Shown here in pieces: positions 19,728 through 28,498 of a stretch of 64,000 nt of DNA; positions within the stretch are counted from its first letter, which is position 1; each line of letters opens with the position of its first letter. The notes below the pieces were generated by a model. It was not told where the DNA came from. It was given only the letters and a program-made list of their open reading frames with translations, and did not search any database. The position numbers were made by a program, and so were the translations under genes. The stretch covers positions 145,691-209,690 of the forward strand of contig DASTHW010000014.1 in NCBI GenBank assembly GCA_035717985.1, read 5' to 3'. Source of the DNA: Candidatus Saccharimonadales bacterium (lineage in GTDB: Bacteria; Patescibacteriota; Saccharimonadia; Saccharimonadales; UBA10212).

Positions 19728-20966
19728 ATGAAATTGTCTGAAGATTTAGCCTGGCGCGGGCTTTTGAAAGATAAGACTTTTGATGATACGGCTTATCTTG
19801 ATCAGCCAAAGTCTTTTTACTGGGGTGTTGACGCCGCTAGTGCCGACAGTTTGACAGTGGGCAATCTAGCCCCGCTCTTGCTAGCCCAGCGGCTAGCGCG
19901 GGCTGGCTGGAAGGCAGTTTTACTAGTAGGCGGCGCCACCAGCCTAATCGGCGACCCCGGCGGCAAGGATACCGAGCGGCCATTACTGCCGCGCGAGCAG
20001 GTAGCTGGTAACATATCGGCCATCAAAGGCCAGGTGTCTAGGCTGTTTGGCGACTCCCAGTTCCAGTTGGTTGATAATTATGATTGGTTCTCATCTTTAG
20101 GCTATCTAGACTTTCTACGTGATGTTGGCAAACATTTTTCAATGAGCGAACTAATCCAGCGCGAGTATATTACCGAGCGCATGGGCGAGAGCGGCACCGG
20201 TATCAGCTACGCTGAGTTCAGTTATTCGCTAATCCAGGGCTATGATTTTTGGCACCTTTATAAAGAATTTGGTGTTAATTTACAGATGGGTGGCTCAGAC
20301 CAGTGGGGCAATATGCTATCCGGCGTGGCCCTGATTCGCAAAAAAGAAGGTGCCGAGGCCCAAGCTTTATCTATGCCACTGGTCATCAATAAGGCTACCG
20401 GCAAGAAATTCGGCAAAAGTGAGGAAGGTACGATCTGGCTGGACCCGGCTAAAACTTCCGAGACCCAGTTTAGACAGTTTTGGATTAATGTTGATGACGC
20501 CGACGTTGGCGACTATCTAAAATTCTTCACCTTTATATCTAAAGAAGAATTCGGCCAGCTGATGAGTGAGCACAACGCTCATCCCGAGAACCGCCAGGCC
20601 CAAAATTACTTAAGTCAAAAGGTAACTGAACTTGTCTACGGCACCGGCGCTGGCCAGGCGGCTGAGCAAATCCAGAAGGTTTTAACGGGCCAGACGCCAA
20701 TCGATTCAGTAGACAGTCAACTGCTGTCGGCCCTGCGTAAGGAGATTCCGGTAATTGCTGGCAAGACCAGCGTCATTGAAGCCCTGGTCTCTACCGGATT
20801 GGCCTCATCTAATTCCGACGCCCGCCGCTTGCTAGCCGCCGGCGCTGTCTATATAAATGGCCAGAGCACCCAGTCCGAGCAGTTTAAGCCAGATGATTTT
20901 AAAAACGGCCGCTTGCTCCTACGCCGCGGCAAGGCCTATAAAGATTCAGCCGTCATAGAGCAATGA
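19728..20966 (+). CDS. tyrS: tyrosyl-tRNA synthetase (HIGH motif replaced by TVGN)
   Basis: Aligns along TyrRS (GGATSLIGDPGGK, the KFGKS loop, a C-terminal S4-like domain). I placed the start at ATG 19728 rather than TTG 19701. Confidence 0.9.
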   Translation: MKLSEDLAWRGLLKDKTFDDTAYLDQPKSFYWGVDAASADSLTVGNLAPLLLAQRLARAGWKAVLLVGGATSLIGDPGGKDTERPLLPREQVAGNISAIKGQVSRLFGDSQFQLVDNYDWFSSLGYLDFLRDVGKHFSMSELIQREYITERMGESGTGISYAEFSYSLIQGYDFWHLYKEFGVNLQMGGSDQWGNMLSGVALIRKKEGAEAQALSMPLVINKATGKKFGKSEEGTIWLDPAKTSETQFRQFWINVDDADVGDYLKFFTFISKEEFGQLMSEHNAHPENRQAQNYLSQKVTELVYGTGAGQAAEQIQKVLTGQTPIDSVDSQLLSALRKEIPVIAGKTSVIEALVSTGLASSNSDARRLLAAGAVYINGQSTQSEQFKPDDFKNGRLLLRRGKAYKDSAVIEQ

Positions 20967-20995
20967 AGGGCCTCTCGCTGTTAGCTTTTTAAACT

Positions 20996-22261
20996 ATGCG
21001 GGACTGGCTAGGCACCTTTATTGGCAAATCCGTTAGGCTGGGGCTGGTTTTTAGGCGCGGCGGCGGGCAGGCCCTGCCGGGATTAGTTGTTGAAAGACTT
21101 TTGCCTGGCTACGTTCCGTCACTGCTAGCCAAACTACCGGAAGGCGTAGTCATAATCACCGGTACCAACGGCAAGACCACCACCACTAAAATGGTGGTCG
21201 AAATCTTAAGGGCCAACGGCAAGCGAGTTCTCACTAACTCCACCGGCAGTAATCTGGTCCGCGGCATTGCCTCGTCTTTAGCCCGTAATGCCTCGTGGCG
21301 TGGCAATTTAGATTTTGACATTGCCGTTTTAGAAGTAGACGAAGCCACGGCCCGGCTTTTAAGCCAAGCAGTTCACCCGCGCTGGGCGGCGGCCCTTAAC
21401 GTCAGCCGCGACCAGCTGGACCGCTTTGGCGAGGTGGATACTATCGCCAGGTACATTTCCGACACCTTAAAACAGGCCACCGAAGGCGTGGTTGTCAATG
21501 CCGGCGACCCGCTGTTGTCAGCCACCGCTGGAGTACTGGCTAAAAGCCTGGCGGTAGTTTACTTTAGCGCTGGTTCAAAGCTAGCTAAATATTTCCCCAG
21601 CGATTTTGAGCTGGGCGCCGTCAAAAGATCGGCTAAGACTAAAACATCTGCAAAAGCCGAGGTAGAGCTAGCTGATTTTGATGGCCAAACTGTTAAATTC
21701 CGGATAGGCGGTCGGCTCTACCAGGCTGAACTTAAAACATCGGGTCAGCATAATTACCTAAACGGCGCGGCGGCGCTAGCGCTATGCCGGCATTTACTGC
21801 CGGATGTGCCGGCTGAAAATCTAGTCAGCCAGCTAGCAGAAGTGCCGCTGGCCTTCGGCCGCGGTGAAAGATACCGGCTAGCCGGCGGCGAGGTAGAACT
21901 GGTACTGGTTAAGAATCCGGCCAGTTTTACGCAGGCGCTGGCTTCTTACGGCTCGGCCGGCGGCCGGTTTATGATTGCTATCAACGATAATATTGCCGAC
22001 GGCCGGGATGTCTCCTGGCTGTGGGATGTTAATTTCCAGCCGCTTGGCCGCCGCAAGGTAGACATTACCAGCGGTACCCGGGCGGCCGATATGGCCCTGC
22101 GCTTAAGTTATGACGGTACTGTGGTTGGTGCGGTGGAGCCAAATCTGGCGGCGGCAGTCCGGCTGTTTAGCGCCGAGCCTGGGCGCAAAATCATCCTGGC
22201 TACCTATACGGCAATGCTCAGCCTTTATCAACTGCTCAACAAACAGGGTGAAAAAATATGA
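20996..22261 (+). CDS. murT: lipid II isoglutaminyl synthase subunit MurT (Mur ligase family)
   Basis: 421 aa with GTNGKTTT and a DUF1727-type C-terminus (DGRDVSWLWDVNF). It overlaps the following gatD by 4 nt. Confidence 0.85.
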   Translation: MRDWLGTFIGKSVRLGLVFRRGGGQALPGLVVERLLPGYVPSLLAKLPEGVVIITGTNGKTTTTKMVVEILRANGKRVLTNSTGSNLVRGIASSLARNASWRGNLDFDIAVLEVDEATARLLSQAVHPRWAAALNVSRDQLDRFGEVDTIARYISDTLKQATEGVVVNAGDPLLSATAGVLAKSLAVVYFSAGSKLAKYFPSDFELGAVKRSAKTKTSAKAEVELADFDGQTVKFRIGGRLYQAELKTSGQHNYLNGAAALALCRHLLPDVPAENLVSQLAEVPLAFGRGERYRLAGGEVELVLVKNPASFTQALASYGSAGGRFMIAINDNIADGRDVSWLWDVNFQPLGRRKVDITSGTRAADMALRLSYDGTVVGAVEPNLAAAVRLFSAEPGRKIILATYTAMLSLYQLLNKQGEKI

Positions 22262-22971
22262 CCAAACTCAATATCCTGCACCTTTACCCCAATGAGCTAA
22301 ATACTTACGGCGACCACGGCAATGCCTTGACTCTAGTGCGCAGAATCAGCTGGCACGGGCTAGAGCCGGTTGTCCACCATCACCATCCGGGCGCCAAACT
22401 GCCGGCTAAGATTGATTTAGTGATTGGCGGCGGTGGCCAGGATTCAGCTCAAGCCGATGTGCAGGCCGATATTTTAAAGATTGGCGGCCGTCTGCATAAA
22501 ATGGCTGACACCGGCACCCCCATGCTGTTAATCTGCGGCACTTACCAGCTGTTTGGCCACCGCTATGTTACATCTGAAGGCCAAGAGGTAAAAGGCATCG
22601 GCATTTTTGACGCCGAGACATATGGTGCCAAAAAACGGATGATTGGCAATGTCATGGTAGATTCGCACTTTGGCCGTCTGTTTGGCTTTGAGAATCATAG
22701 CGGCCAGACCTTTTTGGGCGCCGGCCAGGCACCGCTGGGCCGCGTTTTGCGCGGCGGCGGCAACAACGGCAAGGATAAAACTGAAGGCGCCCGCACGGTC
22801 AACGTCTTTGGTACTTATATGCACGGGCCGGTGTTACCCAACAATCCGCTATTTTGCGATGAGCTGATTAAAATTGCCGCGCTCAAGCGCTTTGGCCACT
22901 TTTCGCTAAAAAGCGTTGACGATTCGCTAGCCCAAGTGGCCCGCGACAGCGCTCGCCACCGCAAATACTAA
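22258..22971 (+). CDS. gatD: lipid II isoglutaminyl synthase glutaminase subunit GatD
   Basis: 237 aa with a GATase1/CobQ-like fold, the N-terminus LNILHLYPNELNTYGDHGN, a nucleophile Cys in LLICGTYQLFG, and YMHGP. Confidence 0.85.
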   Translation: MTKLNILHLYPNELNTYGDHGNALTLVRRISWHGLEPVVHHHHPGAKLPAKIDLVIGGGGQDSAQADVQADILKIGGRLHKMADTGTPMLLICGTYQLFGHRYVTSEGQEVKGIGIFDAETYGAKKRMIGNVMVDSHFGRLFGFENHSGQTFLGAGQAPLGRVLRGGGNNGKDKTEGARTVNVFGTYMHGPVLPNNPLFCDELIKIAALKRFGHFSLKSVDDSLAQVARDSARHRKY

Positions 22972-22989
22972 AGCGCTAAACTATTTATA

Positions 22990-25026
22990 GTGAATTTAGA
23001 TGACCCAGTAACCGAGCTTAAGGGGGTGGGGGACGAGTTAGCGAAAAAGCTAGCTAGCCTTGGCGTGCACGCGGTCGGCGACTTGATTGAGTATTACCCT
23101 AGGCGCTACGAAGATTATTCGCAGGTTTTGCCAATTGAGAAACTGCGCCCCGGCACGGTAACTTTAAAAGCTAAAATCAGCTCCCCTAACGGCCGGTATG
23201 TCCGCCGCGGTCTGCATATAACTGAGGCCATTGCCAGTGACGAAACTGCCAGCGTCCGTTTGGTTTGGTTTAACCAGCCTTACCGGGCTACCGCCATTAA
23301 AAAGGATGAGGATTATTATATTTCGGGCGAGTTTGCACTGCGCCGCGGCCGCTTTAGCCTAACTAACCCATCGGTGGAACTAGTAAGCAGTTTTCCGGTC
23401 AACACGGCCAGAATTATCCCGGTATACCGCGAGACCAAGGGCTTAAAATCGCGTGCCATCAGAAAGCTGGTCCGCGAGGCCATTATAGCCGCCCGCGAAC
23501 TGCCGGAGCATCTGCCAGCCTGGATCTTAGACGAAAATCAGCTGGTGGTTTATGCCCGGGCGGTTAGCGAAATGCACTTTCCTAGCGGTGCCACAGCCCT
23601 AAAAATGGCTCAAAAACGCCTTGGTTTTGAAGAGGTTTTTCAGCTTAGCCTGGCGGCTCTTTTAAATAAGGCAGAGTTTGCCGGTGAGCAGGGCTTGCCA
23701 ATACCTTTTAAGGAGGAACTGGCCCGCGCCTTTACCGCTAAACTGCCTTTTAAACTAACTAATGCCCAGCGCAAAGTTATCTGGCAAATCTATCAGGACT
23801 TAGCCAAATCTCAACCGATGAACAGACTAATCGAAGGGGATGTTGGTAGTGGCAAAACGGTAGTCGCGGCCATGACCGCCCTGATGGCCATGGAACAGGG
23901 GTACCAAGTGGTGCTAATGGCGCCAACTGAAATCTTAGCCCGCCAGCACGCCGAGAGCGTATATAAGCTTTTAGAGCCGGTTGGCTTTGCCGGCCAGGTG
24001 GGGCTTTTGACCGGAAGCCTAAAACCAAAGGCCAAGAAATTGATGCACGAGAAAATCAAAGCCGGCGAGGTACGCTTTATTGTTGGCACTCACGCGCTTA
24101 TATCCGAAAAAGTGGATATGAAAAACTTAGGTCTAATTATTGTCGATGAGCAACACCGTTTTGGTGTTGAGCAGAGAAAGAAGCTACAGGCCAAAGCTGG
24201 TCACATGCCGCACGTTCTGCATTTAACAGCTACGCCAATTCCGCGCAGTCTAGCCCTAACTCTCTACGGCGAGCTAGACATCTCGGTTCTTGATGAACTG
24301 CCGCCGGGCCGCAAGGTTATTGCTACCAAAATTGTGTCACCTAATTCTAAAAAGCAGCTGTACGAGCAGATTGATAAAGAGCTGGCCGCCGGCCGGCAGA
24401 TGTTTGTCGTTTGTCCGCTGATATCCGACACGCAAGTAAGCCAAGGTCTGTCGGCCGAAGAAGTGTTTAAGCAGTTATCCGAGCACGAATTTAAACACCG
24501 CCGGATTGGCCTGCTCCACGGCCAAATGAAGCCAGCCGACAAAGAGCGGGTTATGCAGGATTTTTTGGACAAAAAGTATGATATTTTGGTCAGCACCACG
24601 GTGATTGAGGTAGGTGTTGATGTGCCGAATGCCGCTGTAATGCTGATAATGGGGGCCGAGCGGTTTGGTCTAGCCCAAATTCACCAGCTCCGCGGCCGGG
24701 TAGGCCGCGGTGCACACCGGAGTTACTGCTTTTTGATGATGAGTGACTCTAGTGCACCCAGCCAGCGCCTGCGGGCTCTAGAGACCGTTAATGACGGCTT
24801 TCGTCTTGCTGAAATAGATTTAGAAATGCGCGGCCCCGGTGCCATTTATGGGGTAGTTCAGCACGGCGCGCTAGACCTGCGGGTAGCCAAGCTAACCGAT
24901 ACAAAATTGATTGCCTCTGCCCGCGCTAGCGCTCAGGAATTTATTGATAAAAAAGAAACCCTTAAAAAGTATCCGCACCTGCACGCCAAGGTCACTGCCC
25001 TGCGCGCCATCACCAACCTTAATTGA
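22990..25026 (+). CDS. recG: ATP-dependent DNA helicase RecG
   Basis: 678 aa with a wedge/OB N-terminus and helicase motifs GDVGSGKT, DEQHRFGV and QLRGRVGRG. GTG start. Confidence 0.93.
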   Translation: MNLDDPVTELKGVGDELAKKLASLGVHAVGDLIEYYPRRYEDYSQVLPIEKLRPGTVTLKAKISSPNGRYVRRGLHITEAIASDETASVRLVWFNQPYRATAIKKDEDYYISGEFALRRGRFSLTNPSVELVSSFPVNTARIIPVYRETKGLKSRAIRKLVREAIIAARELPEHLPAWILDENQLVVYARAVSEMHFPSGATALKMAQKRLGFEEVFQLSLAALLNKAEFAGEQGLPIPFKEELARAFTAKLPFKLTNAQRKVIWQIYQDLAKSQPMNRLIEGDVGSGKTVVAAMTALMAMEQGYQVVLMAPTEILARQHAESVYKLLEPVGFAGQVGLLTGSLKPKAKKLMHEKIKAGEVRFIVGTHALISEKVDMKNLGLIIVDEQHRFGVEQRKKLQAKAGHMPHVLHLTATPIPRSLALTLYGELDISVLDELPPGRKVIATKIVSPNSKKQLYEQIDKELAAGRQMFVVCPLISDTQVSQGLSAEEVFKQLSEHEFKHRRIGLLHGQMKPADKERVMQDFLDKKYDILVSTTVIEVGVDVPNAAVMLIMGAERFGLAQIHQLRGRVGRGAHRSYCFLMMSDSSAPSQRLRALETVNDGFRLAEIDLEMRGPGAIYGVVQHGALDLRVAKLTDTKLIASARASAQEFIDKKETLKKYPHLHAKVTALRAITNLN

Positions 25027-25062
25027 TAAAACTAGCAGTTTATTATATAATAGCTATTAATT

Positions 25063-26049
25063 ATGTCAGAACCTGGGCATGAGTCGGGCGGGGCGCCGCC
25101 GAGCGAAAAGTTATTTATGAGGAGCCTAGCCTTAGCCCGGCGCGGGCTTAATTTTGTCAGCCGTCATGCCTACTTTGGCCCTATCAGCGTCCATACCCAG
25201 CATGGCGACCTTTTTGCGGGAGAAGAGGCTCGGCATGAGCTAAGGATTAATACAGAGGCCTTTCTATTTTGGCTTAATGTCAGGGATGACGGCAAGATTA
25301 AGTCTGAGACGTTTGTCTTTGATGAAGATGACGATAAGGGCGGCCTAGCAGATTGGAATATCTATGCTCAGCTGGAAGCCGACGTGTCTGGCTTAAACGA
25401 AATTACCAACCAGCAGGGCCTTGGTTATATAAAGTTCCTAGAGTATTTATATCAGGTAAGCGAGGAAGCTGAGGCGGCCGGAATCAGCCCAAGTCAGCTT
25501 GGCGATTCTTTTTTGGAAGCCGTAGAGGCCACCGCTGAAAATCAAGATGAACCCGATCCTCTGCAGGAGCGGACAGCCGAAAGAATAAAAGAACTCTTAG
25601 AAGAGCTCACCCTCAAACAACCGCCGGAGTCTATGGCCTACATTCAGGGTCTCTTGGCGGATGAAACGCAGAGCGGGTGCCCCCGGCACATTACTATAAG
25701 CGTGCCGCTGTCATCTCCTGATCAACTATTTTCGCTTAGCTATATGGACTATCAAGACGGCCATCCTCACAGCCTTGAGTTTGAGGCATTTAAAGACGGC
25801 ACTATGCTATTTAAATCCGGGCCGACACCCGACCCGGAGCAGAAATGGGAACTGCTTGAAAAGACCCGGAGCGTAGCCGGCAACCGAACAGAGCGACTGT
25901 TAATGATGGGCTATAGACTTGCTCTTGAGGATGACATTCAGAAAGTAGAAGCACTTTTAAACGAGGCAGAAACCGGCGGAATCCACTACGCTGAAACCGG
26001 TATCCAAGGCCTGCAGGCACCAGGTGACTTTCCGCCGCCCGAGAATTGA
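25063..26049 (+). CDS. hypothetical acidic protein (328 aa)
   Basis: Long ORF with a TTGATA-17-TATAAT promoter (25023-25051) 11 nt before the ATG. No recognisable domain. Confidence 0.6.
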   Translation: MSEPGHESGGAPPSEKLFMRSLALARRGLNFVSRHAYFGPISVHTQHGDLFAGEEARHELRINTEAFLFWLNVRDDGKIKSETFVFDEDDDKGGLADWNIYAQLEADVSGLNEITNQQGLGYIKFLEYLYQVSEEAEAAGISPSQLGDSFLEAVEATAENQDEPDPLQERTAERIKELLEELTLKQPPESMAYIQGLLADETQSGCPRHITISVPLSSPDQLFSLSYMDYQDGHPHSLEFEAFKDGTMLFKSGPTPDPEQKWELLEKTRSVAGNRTERLLMMGYRLALEDDIQKVEALLNEAETGGIHYAETGIQGLQAPGDFPPPEN

Positions 26050-26074
26050 CAATTATTAACGCTTATGGTAAAAT
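26046..26074 (+). promoter_or_regulatory. near-consensus sigma70-type promoter driving the high-GC gene
   Basis: TTGACA (26046-26051), a 17-nt spacer, then TAAAAT (26069-26074) preceded by TGg. The -35 box overlaps the TGA stop of the upstream ORF. Confidence 0.55.
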
Positions 26075-26145
26075 ATGTCAGACTCTAGGAGCTGAGTTTG
26101 CGCTCCTCCTGGAGCGTATTTCTCACTCCAGTTGGGAGATTTTAA

Positions 26146-26679
26146 GTGAGCAACCCGACCAATGGCCGTCTCGGTAAGGTCGTGAACGCGCTCGGCTACC
26201 CCTCGTGGGTGCCGGAGGCGCTGACCTGGCTGTTCGTGGGCACCGCGATCAGCGTACAGCTGTACGTGACGTCGTCGGACTACGACATCGTCTCATTCGG
26301 CTCGAAGTCGCTCCAGAACACCGACTCGCTGGGCGTCCAGGTGATCACCTGGCTCCCCGCCGTCGCGTTCGTGGCCGCCTGCGTGCTCTGCACGCTTCGC
26401 CGGGCCGACAAGACGCTGGTGGCGATGGGTTTCGGCCTGCTCGCCTACGGTCTGACGCACGGCTCGGAGGCGATCATCCTGCCCTCGCAGAAGTGGGGGT
26501 GGGGCGTCGCTCTCGCGTTCGCCTGCCTGCTCCTGCCGATGCTCGGCAAGATCGTCTGGTGGACGCTCGCGTTCATCGGCCTCGCCCGGCCGGCGGAGAT
26601 TGTCAAGAACTTCTTCGTTCGCTGGGGCGGCAAGCGCATCGAGAAGGCGAACGCCCGCGTCAGCGCGGCGAACGCGTAG
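26146..26679 (+). CDS. high-GC, probably horizontally acquired 4-TM membrane protein (177 aa)
   Basis: GTG start behind GGGAG. GC is about 60-72% per 60-nt line, against ~50% in the flanks. Nearly every codon ends in G/C. Four hydrophobic helices are visible in the translation. Confidence 0.75.
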   Translation: MSNPTNGRLGKVVNALGYPSWVPEALTWLFVGTAISVQLYVTSSDYDIVSFGSKSLQNTDSLGVQVITWLPAVAFVAACVLCTLRRADKTLVAMGFGLLAYGLTHGSEAIILPSQKWGWGVALAFACLLLPMLGKIVWWTLAFIGLARPAEIVKNFFVRWGGKRIEKANARVSAANA

Positions 26680-26702
26680 GCACTCCCGGCCATGGAGTGG
26701 GA

Positions 26703-26729
26703 AAGAGGCGGTCCTCGCGGCCGCCTCTT
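26703..26729 (+). terminator. GC-rich hairpin closing the high-GC cassette
   Basis: AAGAGGCGG-tcctcgcgg-CCGCCTCTT followed by CTC. The U-tract is poor, so function is inferred. Confidence 0.5.
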
Positions 26730-26749
26730 CTCATAGTTATAATAAGTGT

Positions 26750-27277
26750 ATGAGAGTTATTGCCGGCTCGCTAAAAGGGCGGGAGTTTAAAAGCCCGCGC
26801 GGTGCTAAGACTCACCCCATGAGCGATAAGGTGCGCGGCGCTTTGTTTAATATGCTTGGCGATATCGCCGGCTTGACCTTTTTAGATACTTTTGCTGGTA
26901 GCGGCGCGCTAAGCTTTGAGGCCGTTAGCCGCGGAGCCATCAGCGCCACCGCCATAGACTATGATAAATCAGCTCACCGGGCGCTAGACCAAAACGTCAA
27001 AGAATTAAAATTAACTAACGTCAAAGTTATTCATGCCGGCGCCAGCGGCTGGAGCGAAAATAACCAGGATAAGACATTTGATATTGTCTTGCTGGATCCG
27101 CCGTACGACAATTTGCAGATTAATCTACTCGAAAAACTAGTTGATAGGCACGTTAAGCCCGGCGGCCTAGCGGTACTGTCTCTGGCTGGTAAATTAGACC
27201 CGCCCGAGCTGGGATTAGAAATTGCCGCCCGCAAAAGCTACGGAGACGCTCAGCTAGTTTTCTATCGTAAATCTTAG
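26750..27277 (+). CDS. rsmD: 16S rRNA (guanine966-N2)-methyltransferase RsmD
   Basis: MRVIAGSLKGREFKSPRG...LDPPY. The start is ATG 26750, 6 nt after TATAAT (26738-26743). The ORF-track start at 26600 is an out-of-context extension into the high-GC cassette. Confidence 0.88.
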   Translation: MRVIAGSLKGREFKSPRGAKTHPMSDKVRGALFNMLGDIAGLTFLDTFAGSGALSFEAVSRGAISATAIDYDKSAHRALDQNVKELKLTNVKVIHAGASGWSENNQDKTFDIVLLDPPYDNLQINLLEKLVDRHVKPGGLAVLSLAGKLDPPELGLEIAARKSYGDAQLVFYRKS

Positions 27278-27984
27278 ATTGCTTTGACGGCTTTAATCTG
27301 CAGGTAGCGGATGGCCTGTGCGCAACAGTAAACAACTGAGCCGATAGTGCTTATCACCCCGCCTATAAACGGCACTACCCAGCTGATTACCGCTAGCACT
27401 ATATAGACAGCCGTCATACCCCAGATACTTTTAGAAAAGGGTTTTGAGTCCGCGGCGCTTTTATCTAAAGATTCAAACACCTTGCCGTCCTCGTCTATCA
27501 GGTAAAAAGGTGCCAGCATCCAGCGCCGCCAGATAAACAGCCCCGGCACAATCAGCAGTAAAAAGCCTAGAAAGATAATGAAATTGCGGACTATGTATAG
27601 GCCTAGTACCCGCCAAAAATAGTGCAAACACTGCTTAAAGTTAGCCCGGTAGGTGGTTTTTACGCCCCTGGCGCTTTGGTATTTCAGTAGCGTCATGTAG
27701 GAGCCGTAGAAAATCAGCATGGAGGCAATTGCCAAAATGCCTAAGATTATAGCCAGTATGTTTACAGCCGCCCCGGCCGAGGGTCCGCTATTTTGTAGGG
27801 TGCCGTTAGCTGATTCCTGAAAATGAAAGCCGAAAAATATAATGACTGGGACGATAAGCAGAATAATCGGTGTCAGCCAGCCGGCTACAAAGGGCCACCA
27901 GTTAAGGGCAAATGCCTTGCCGCTAGGGTTAAAAAGATCAAATGCACCAGGCAGTCTGGTGTCGCGGTGATAATCTTTTTCCAT
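27274..27984 (-). CDS. polytopic membrane protein, paralog A
   Basis: 236 aa with multiple TM helices. Its C-terminal half is clearly similar to the 30960-31715 product (IVPGLFIWRRWMLAPFYLID / IIPGLIMLRRYYLAPYVLLD; SKPFS..IWG / SKPYS..IWG). Confidence 0.7.
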   Translation of the reverse strand: MEKDYHRDTRLPGAFDLFNPSGKAFALNWWPFVAGWLTPIILLIVPVIIFFGFHFQESANGTLQNSGPSAGAAVNILAIILGILAIASMLIFYGSYMTLLKYQSARGVKTTYRANFKQCLHYFWRVLGLYIVRNFIIFLGFLLLIVPGLFIWRRWMLAPFYLIDEDGKVFESLDKSAADSKPFSKSIWGMTAVYIVLAVISWVVPFIGGVISTIGSVVYCCAQAIRYLQIKAVKAI

Positions 27985-28210
27985 TAGTCTAACCTCTTTA
28001 TTTTTTACTCTTAAACCTCATTATAAGGTCATTTGTTAATTTAACAATAAAAGATGGCTAAACTTTATCTCCCGGTTTACGTCAGAATGGACTATCAGCT
28101 TACGTTTGTTCGCTAAAGGTGCTTACAAGCTTTCGCTTTTCGTCATTCTTCCTTTCAGATGAGCGAACAGCATAGCTTGGTTCACCCATCTGTTTTATAA
28201 TCATTTTGCT

Positions 28211-28295
28211 GGGCGGATGGCGAAACTGGTAGACGCGCTAGCCTTAGGAGCTAGTGGAGCAATCCATGGAGGTTCGAGTCCTCTTCCGCCCACCA
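28211..28295 (+). tRNA. tRNA-Leu (anticodon UAG), CCA encoded
   Basis: Hand-folded. Acceptor stem GGGCGGA/TCCGCCC, anticodon stem CTAGC/GCTAG with loop CT-TAG-GA, a long variable arm (TGGAGCAATCCATG), a TTCGAGT T-loop, discriminator A, then CCA. Confidence 0.92.
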
Positions 28296-28320
28296 CGCAA
28301 AAGCTCGGCTTTTGGGACAA

Positions 28321-28367
28321 GAAGCTGACACTAGGTAAAGCCTGCTGTCAGCTTCTTTGTCTTTTCT
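28321..28367 (+). terminator. rho-independent terminator after tRNA-Leu
   Basis: GAAGCTGACA (28321-28330) pairs with TGTCAGCTTC (28346-28355), followed by TTTGTCTTTTCT. Confidence 0.65.
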
Positions 28368-28498
28368 GCGTCTTTTGCTTTTCCGCTTGTCTTATTCCTC
28401 AAGACAAGCGGGTCCCTAGATTACGCTGGACCATAAGCGGTATGTACTGGCTCGCTTGGTTAGTATATGATTGCTCATAAAGTAACAAGGTGGATGCA

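Noticed and set aside
26146-26730. High-GC segment as contamination or a chimeric contig
   Set aside because: I consider this unlikely because the anomaly is only ~0.6 kb and coincides with one CDS plus its hairpin. Native genes and promoters are contiguous on both sides. It still needs read-level confirmation, as listed in the finding.
26600-26749. 5' extension of the rsmD ORF into the high-GC cassette (ORF-track start 26600)
   Set aside because: The extension is R/S/A-rich out-of-frame sequence crossing a hairpin. RsmD homology starts at MRVIAGSLKG (ATG 26750), directly behind a TATAAT box.
26205-26753. 182-aa R/G/P/A-rich ORF overlapping the high-GC gene in another frame
   Set aside because: It is a typical off-frame ghost ORF of very GC-rich DNA. 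The 26146-26679 frame has the strong third-position G/C bias and encodes plausible TM helices.
28217-28480. 87-aa ORF
   Set aside because: It overlaps tRNA-Leu and its terminator hairpin, so it is not coding.
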